Source: Mobula hypostoma (Eukaryota). From it: DNA of 64,000 bases. Position 1 is the first letter of the stretch; every line of letters begins with the position of its first letter. Location of the stretch: positions 46,810,001 through 46,874,000 of the forward strand of contig NC_086107.1 of the NCBI RefSeq assembly GCF_963921235.1, written 5' to 3'. Under the pieces are notes generated by a model that was given only the letters and a program-made list of their open reading frames with translations, did no database searches and had not been told where the DNA came from. Shown here piece after piece: positions 56,535-64,000 of the stretch. Position numbers and translations under genes: made by a program.

Positions 56535-57425
56535 GCAAAGCACACAAAATGCTGGAGGAACTCAGCAGGCTAGGCTGTGGAAAAGAGTACAAATTTACGT
56601 TTTGGGCCTAGACACTTCCAGCAGGACTGGAGGAAAAAACGATGAGGAGTCAGTTAGCAGGTTGGGGGAGGGACAAGTGCTATACCTACCCCTATACCTC
56701 CTCCCTTCAGGGCCCCAGAGGTCATTCCAGATGAGGCGATGCTTCGCCTGTGAGTCTGTTGGGGTCATCTACTGTGTGGTGCTACTGGTGTGGCCTCCTC
56801 TATGTCAGTAAGACCCGATATAGATTGGGAGACTGCTTCACCGAGCACCTACGCTCTGTCCAACAGAAAAGTGGGATCTCCCAGTGGCCACCCATTTTAA
56901 TTCCACTTTCCATTCCCATTCTAACATGTCAATCTCTGGTCTCCTCTACTGTCGCTATGAGGCCAAACTCTGGTTGGAGTAGTTACACCTTATATTCCAT
57001 CTGGGTAGCCTCCAGTCTAAATGCATAAACATTGATTTCTCGAACATCCCGTTATGGCTCCCCCCCCACCCCCACCACCTTCACCATTCCCTATCCCCTT
57101 TTCCCTCTCTCACCTTATTCCTTGCCTGCCTTTCACCTCCCTCTGGTACTTCTCTCCCTTTTCTTTCTTCCATAGCCTTCTGTCCTCTCCTATTAGATTC
57201 CCCCTTCTCCAGCCCTGTATCTCTTTCAGCAATCAACTTCCCAGCTCTTTATTCACCCCTCCCCCCACCTTCTGACCCCTCATCTATTTTTCTGCAGTCC
57301 TGCTGAGGGGTCTCGGTCTGAAACGTAGACAGTTTACTCTTTTCCATAAATGCTGCCTGGCCAGCTGAGTTCCTCCAACATTTAGTGTGTGTTGCTTGGA
57401 TTTTCAGCATCTGCAGATATTTGCT
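56535..57425 (+). mobile_element. Penelope-like element 3' fragment with GIY-YIG remnant and inverted end
   Basis: VIYC..CGLLYVSKTRYRLGDCFTEHLRS motif; terminal segments are mutually inverted. A similar remnant lies at ~61010-61515. Confidence 0.75.
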
Positions 57426-58034
57426 TGTTTGTGATTGGATATTTTTTCGTGCTTGTGACACCAAGGGAACACTGATACTGTGTCATTTCTTCACAGTGAA
57501 ATTGATCCTTATTTGAGTTGCTCTATGCTTGTGTGAAACACACACAATCAATTTGTGTGTACTTTCTTCCCTGAAAGACCTTAATGAATCAAAAAGGGTT
57601 TTCAACGGGTTTCTGGTTACCATTAACTGAGATTTGCTATATTTTCCATTTCCAGACTTATTTATTTTCTGGAGGTCCAAGGACTATTGGTAGCAGTTCT
57701 GACATATTCTTTACTGTTCAACTTCAATGCCTTTTTGGTGGATGGCTATTCTTCACTATACGTGAGGTGCTGCGGTGTTTTCTGACATCACCTGAATGGC
57801 CAGACATTAATTTTAAAGTTATTTTCAATCTTGATTTATCTATCTCATCGAATGCTTTTTAATTATTTTAAGCAAACATCAAAGCCCAAGCCTAATGCAT
57901 CAATCGTCCAAGCCCAAGCCAACTTGATACAATTTAACCTCTTAACTTTCATAAAAGTAACATTAATGAATGTGCCAGGCTCAAAAGACATACACAGGCA
58001 TTTCCAGGTTATGAATGCCTAATTTACAGGCACC

Positions 58035-58860
58035 CACATAGAGCATAGAAATTTACCGCACATTACAGGCCCTTCGGCCCACAATGTTGTGCCAACCATG
58101 TTACCTAATCTAGATACTGCCTAGAATTTCCCTAGTGCATAGCCCTGCAATTTTCTAAGCTCAATGTACCTAAGATGCTCTTAAAAGACCCTATTGTATC
58201 CGCTTCTACCACTGCCACTGGCAGTGCATTCCGTGTACCCATCACTCTCTGTGTGAAAAACTTACCCCTGACGTCTCCTCCGTACCTTTTTCCAAGCACC
58301 TTAAAACTATGCCCCTCGTGTTAGCCATTTCAGCCCTGGGAAAAAGCCTCTGGCTATCTACACGATCAATGCCTCTCATCGTCTTGTGCACCTCTATCAG
58401 GTCACCTCTCATCCTCCGTTGCTCCAAAGAGAAAAGGCCAAGTACACTCAGCCTATTCCCATAAGGTATGCCCTCCAATCCAGGCAACATTCTTGTAAGT
58501 TTCCTCTGCACTCTCTCTGTAGTATCCACATCTTGAGTGAGGTGAGCAGAACTGAACAAGCGGGGTCTGACCAAGCTCTTGTATATCTGTAATATTACCT
58601 CATGGCTCTCGAACTCAATCCCATGGTTGATGAATGCCAACTCACCATACACCTTCTTTACAACACTGTCAACCTGCGCCGCAGCTTTGAGAGTCTTATG
58701 GATATGCACCCTATTATATTCTGTCTTCAAACTGGACCTTCCAAAATGAACAACTTAACACTTAGCTGGATTGAAGTCACTTCTTAGCCCAGCTCTGCAT
58801 CCTATCAATGTCCCGCTGTAATATCTGACAATCCTCCAGACTATCCACAACACCCCTTTG
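58035..58860 (-). mobile_element. CR1 LINE 3' fragment
   Basis: ORF 58242..58730 has YKSLVRP..ERVQRKLTRMLPGL..LFSLEQRRMRGDLIEV. Confidence 0.85.
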
Positions 58861-61800
58861 TGTGACTTCCATAATTTTAAATTCAAAAGTCTAATGTATA
58901 TGAATACATATTCCTATGGATGGCAAAACTAGTTTCTTCTCTCTCATCTTTTAATAATTATTCTTTCTTATCATTCTTATGTGGTTTTGATGCCATTCGT
59001 TATGATGCTATGGATGTATGATTAGCACATCAAGTGATTTTTGTGTATTTTCTGATTTATGGACAAAGTCGACTTAAGGACGTGCATAAAAGTGGAACTT
59101 GTTTGTTACCCAGGAATGGCCTGTAGTGTTTAGAAGAACCTGTACTGCATCACTTCTGTAATGTGAGTTGGAAGCAAAACATTTGGGTGATTGGTACTAT
59201 ACCTCCCAAAGGCAATGTCATTTTTTTCTGGTTTATTATTTAACATTGAATGAGTGTATCAGATAAGATTTGAGTTGGAGACTTGGAACAATATAGCGAT
59301 ACCAAATATTAGCAGTCTCTTTTTCTCGCTGTATCCCTCTCTTTGCAGTTTCTCAGATCTATCTGTTTTGTGTTCAGGAGTATGGCTGCATTGCCAAACA
59401 TGTCTCTTACTACATGCAAGCATGAGTCAAGCCTTTTAAGAATCTATGGTGTAATAGAATAAAAAGAGAAAATGGCAAAATTATTCTCAATAGCTGCGTA
59501 AAGAGGAAGCATTAATGTTTGGGTCAAAGATCATTTGTCACAACTGGGAAAGAGAAAAAGTAGGTTATTTTTGAGTGGTATGCACCTTATTAATTGTTAA
59601 TTTACTCGTGGTAATATTACTTGGTGTAATATGTACTGTGTTGTGTACCTTGGTCTGGAGGAATGTTCTGTCATTTGGCGATATACATGTGCATGGTTGA
59701 ATGACAATAAATTTGAACTTGACAGTGGATGGGGAGAAGAGGGTTGTGGAAGCTAGGTCACTGGGGGTGTTTCAAGAGGAAATGGAAACATTTTAGAAAG
59801 AACATGTGATTGAGGGCTATGAGGTCGTGGCACCTAAAAGGAAATTAGACGTGAGATAGAACAGTTATGAGCATGTTGAATGCCAGGGTAAAATTGAAGG
59901 GCCTGCTCTTGTTTCTATTCTCTTTTGTTCTTGTGATATCTAACCATTATGTGTGGGAATATGTCCTTGTTTCCTTTCTTTGCTTTCCTTAAGTGCTTAC
60001 CATTGCCGAGAACGGCTATAAGAATAAGCTGGGAAATTATAGGCCAGTGAGCCTGAGGGTAGTAGTGGGTAAATTATTGGAAGGTATTATAAAGGACAGG
60101 ATATATAAATATTGTGAGGGTACAGTGATTGTATGTTTCTGTTAGAATAAAATGCATCGCTAACAGATTTAGGAAACTTTGCCTTTTGAGGGATATTGAG
60201 GCCTGGTCAAGAAGGAACTGATTAGGGATAGTCAAAATGATCTTGTGTATTGTTAGCCATGTTTAACTAATCCTAAAAAGATTTCTGAGGAGGTTACCAG
60301 GAACGCTGGATGAAGGAAAAGAGTGGACATTGTCTGCATGGACTTTTGCAAGACCTTTGACAAGTTCCTGCATGGGAGGCTGGCCAAGAAGATTCAGTCA
60401 CTTGGAGTTCAGGGTGATTCAAATTGCCACGGGGACATAGACACCAGTAGTATGGCTAATAGAATGCTGCTTCAGAGACACCTGATTCAATCCTGATACA
60501 CAGTGCTATCTTTGTGGAGTTTGCACATTCTCCTGTCATATTCTGAATTTCCCCTGAGTACTCTGGTTTTCTCCCACATCCCAGCAATGGGTAAATTGAT
60601 TGTTTAAATGGCTAGTATAAGTTTCCCCTAGTGTGCAGGTGAATTGCAGAATCTGGGGAGGGGGGTGTGGGGGTGATGTGAATGTGGAGAGATTCAAATG
60701 TGATTGGAGTCAATGCGTGCTGAATAGTTAATCACAGACTTAGTGGACCTAAAACCTGTTTCCTTGCTCTATGATTCCAAGAGTGGCTCGAGATAATTGG
60801 GAGTACATTGGAACAGCTATGTTTGGACGATTATGGGGTGTTGCAGTTGGCATCTTGGGTGGTGGAGTGAGGTTGAGAGTGATGGCTGGAGTTGGACCTA
60901 TTAATGAGTTGCTGGGGGAATTGTTATGAGGTAGATGTTTCTGTGTTGAAGTCGATGTACCTGAAGCTGATTCACAAGGCTATACATTAAATGTTGGTGC
61001 TCTGCTGGAGGAACAACACCTTATATGCTGTCTGGGTAGCCTACAACCTGATGGCATGAACATTGACTTCTCAAACTTCCACTAATGCCCCACCTCCCCC
61101 TCGTATCCTATCCATTATTTATTTATTTATATACACACATTCTTTTTCTCTCTCTCCTTTTTCTCCCTCTGTCCCTCTCACTATACCCCTTGCCCATCCT
61201 CCGGGCTCTCCCCTCCCGCTTGTCTCTCTTCCCGGACCTCCTGTCCCATGATCCTCTCCTATCCCTTTTGCCAATCATCTGTCCAGCTCTTGGCTCCATC
61301 CCTCCCCCTCCTGTCTTCTCCTATCATTTTGGATCTCCCCCTTCCCCTCCCACTTTCAAATCTCTTACTAGCTCTTCCTTCAGTTAGTCCTGACCGAGGG
61401 TCTCGGCCCGAAACATCGACTGTACCTCTTCTTAGAGGTGCTGCCTGGCCTGCTGCGTTCACCAGCAACTTTTATGTGTGTTGCTTGAAATTCCAGCATC
61501 TGCAGATTTCCTCGTGTCTCTGTTATGAAGCCTTGATTTTGTGTCAACGTGTTGTTTCTGTGGATCACATGGATACAAACAAATATCCATGTAGTAATAG
61601 GAAAAGTGTTTGAAAGCAATTGCAGGTTTCAGATTTGGAAGAACAATTGTGGACTCTAATCTACTTTACATGTCCAAGTTTACATAACCAAAATGCTGTA
61701 AAATTTAATTGCTATCGTGCTATTGATGATTTTTTTCTTGGCTATTGAATCAACACAACTGTAAGAACTAATATTTAAGAAAAAGGAGAAAATTTGAATT

Positions 61801-62030
61801 TGTGAGGTAAAATATATATTGTACCACTAAGCATTAAATTATATGACATTTTTTTGTGAAATTTGATGTGTTCATTTCAATCTGATGCCAATATGAGGCC
61901 GTGAAGTGAAATTGCTGACAAATGGACATATTCAGCTCTGCAAACTTGTTTACCCAAAAGTGAAACGATGAGTGAAGTGTAGTTTAACATTTCAGCCAAA
62001 TAAATTTGAAATATTGTGTTGTATCAGGTA

Positions 62031-62989
62031 CAGTCGGCCCTCCTTATCCTCGAGTTCCGCATGCGCGAATTCAACCAACCGCAAATCGAGAAAACCTGGA
62101 AGTGCTCTTCCNNNNNNNNNNNNNNNNNNNNNNNNNNNNNNNNNNNNNNNNNNNNNNNNNNNNNNNNNNNNNNNNNNNNNNNNNNNNNNNNNNNNNNNNN
62201 NNNNNNNNNNNNNNNNNNNNNNNNNNNNNNNNNNNNNNNNNNNNNNNNNNNNNNNNNNNNNNNNNNNNNNNNAATCGGGATCGAAAAAAAACAGAAGTTC
62301 TCTTACTAAGTAAGTTGGAACAGGTACATCCGGTATTATTTAGCGTCAGTTAGTCAAACGTTTGTCTTAGTATATAGTATATATTTTACCTTTCTATGCA
62401 TATAAAACACTTAAGAAACGTATGTTTCAGCGCCGGCCTTGGGAACGGAAATTCCTGAGTTCGATCCAGTGACAGACCGCTCCCGAGCGCTCTCCATCCC
62501 TGCCGGGTTGATGTGGAGGATCAAAAACCCAAAACCCCAAAACCCAATGTTGCTTAGTAATAATTTTAGCTTTAATTGGGCAGGGCCTTTCTCATTTTAT
62601 CCTTTAAAATTGTTCCAATCGTTGACCGATTGTAGCCTAACGCTTTTACTATGACCGATGGCGTTTCACCTCTTTCTGATCGCTTCATTATTTCCACTTT
62701 ATTTTCAATCGTGATCGTGATTATTTTCGTGAACAGAAACACTGCGGATTCAGAGCTCCGCCACCGGGCCCTAATGTCCACTGTACTGAGACAGGTTAAA
62801 TAAGGTCCGGGGTTCCACTGGGTCCTAAGGTCCACTGCATTTAGACAGGCTAAATAAGGTCCGGGGTACCACTGGGTTCTAAGGTCCACCGCATTTAGAC
62901 AGGTTGAATAAGGAGCTCGAGCATCTGCGTTTTTTGGTATCCGCAAGGGGTCTCAGAATAAATCCCTCGCGGATAAGGAGGGCTGACTG
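62031..62989 (-). mobile_element. Internally deleted Tigger/pogo DNA transposon
   Basis: TIRs CAGTCGGCCCTCCTTATCC / GGATAAGGAGGGCTGACTG (one mismatch) with TA on both sides; minus-strand HTH remnant ITIENKVEIMKRSERGETPSVIVKALGYNRSTIGTILKDK. Confidence 0.85.
62112..62272. other. Assembly gap (N run)
   Basis: 161 N. Confidence 1.
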
Positions 62990-63169
62990 TACATGGGATA
63001 TATGCAAAGATTTGATCTCATGCTGATACATATAGTCACCTGAAGTTACATAGTATTAAACGGCACATTAACTGGCCAAATAATTTTTTTCTTCTTCGTC
63101 CCTTGTTCTCATTCTTCTAGTGCTGGCCTGACCCTATAGTATAGTTAGACTTGTTGTTGAGACCAGATT

Positions 63170-63950
63170 TATTATCTTGCATTGTGAGATATGGATCAAC
63201 TGGAAAGTTGGGTGGAATGTGACAGATGGACTTCAATTCAGACAAGCATGAGGATCATACACTTGAAGAGGTCAACTTCTGTGTGGACACAGAGTAGATG
63301 AAAGGGAGTTAAGGAACATTGATAACCGGAGAAACATTGATGTGTAAATCCATTAGCTCCCTGAAAGTGGCAATACACATGAAATTAAAAAGGAATTTAG
63401 TACGCCTGCTTTTGTAGGCTGAGATGTTGAGTATAAGAATTGGGACATTAAACTGCAGTTGTACAAAGCATTGGCTAGTTTACTCGAGTAGAGTATTGTA
63501 CACAGTTCTGGTTACTTCATTACAGGAAGGATGGAGCAACAATCGAGCAGGTACAGAAGTGATTCACCAGGTGTTCTATGGAATGGTAGGCTGTAAAAAG
63601 AAATTGGTTTATTCTCACTAGAATGTAGGAAAAAGAGGTGACCTTGTAGAAAAGGGCACAGGGACTCTAGAAGTACTGTCAGTTTAAGTTGAGGGGGAGA
63701 TTTGAGAGAGGATTTTCCACATGGAGACTGGTATTTATTTAAAATGGACTGCCTGAGGAGATAGTGGAGGCAGGTACAATTCCAAATGTTTAAAAGTTGT
63801 TTGCACAGGTTCTTGGATAGGAAAGGCATAGAAGGACATATGGCTAATGCAGACAAATAAAATTAATGTATATGGGCATCATAGTTGGCATAGATGGGGA
63901 TGGCTACAAGGGCTCGTTTCTGTATTATATCTCTAATTCCATGATCCTTT
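63170..63950 (+). mobile_element. Degenerate CR1 3' fragment
   Basis: Eroded match to the CR1 ORF2 C-terminus and 3' end seen elsewhere in the window. Confidence 0.55.
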
Positions 63951-64000
63951 GATATTTATCATATCCATTTGTATTTTGTCATGTTTCTGCTGATATTCAC

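Overview
Vertebrate genomic DNA, most likely a cartilaginous fish (ray/skate-like CR1, L1, Penelope and V-SINE repeats; inferred, not verified). The first 38 kb hold one + strand gene made of phase-1 exons. It begins like B7-H6/NCR3LG1: IgV (1778-2119), IgC1 (3432-3752) and a transmembrane exon (4577-4687). After the TM it continues with nine C1-set Ig-like exons, most missing canonical cysteines, plus 45-51 nt Ser/charge-rich mini-exons. Five copies of one C1 exon lie in a near-identical 2467-bp tandem array, with a chimeric sixth copy. There are also decayed C1 pseudo-exons and a terminal exon with a 1-nt frameshift. As drawn, the product is a ~1350-aa B7-family protein with a variable-length Ig-domain array on the cytoplasmic side. 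Its leader exon is not in the window. 38-55 kb is mostly transposon debris (ERV env relic, CR1, L1 with TSD, Gypsy 3' end); a HERO-like non-LTR fragment lies in the last intron. At 55.9 kb a GC-rich promoter with an ISRE/ETS motif precedes a phase-1 signal-peptide exon of a second gene, possibly the next paralog. Protein family calls rest on motifs recalled from memory; no searches were run.
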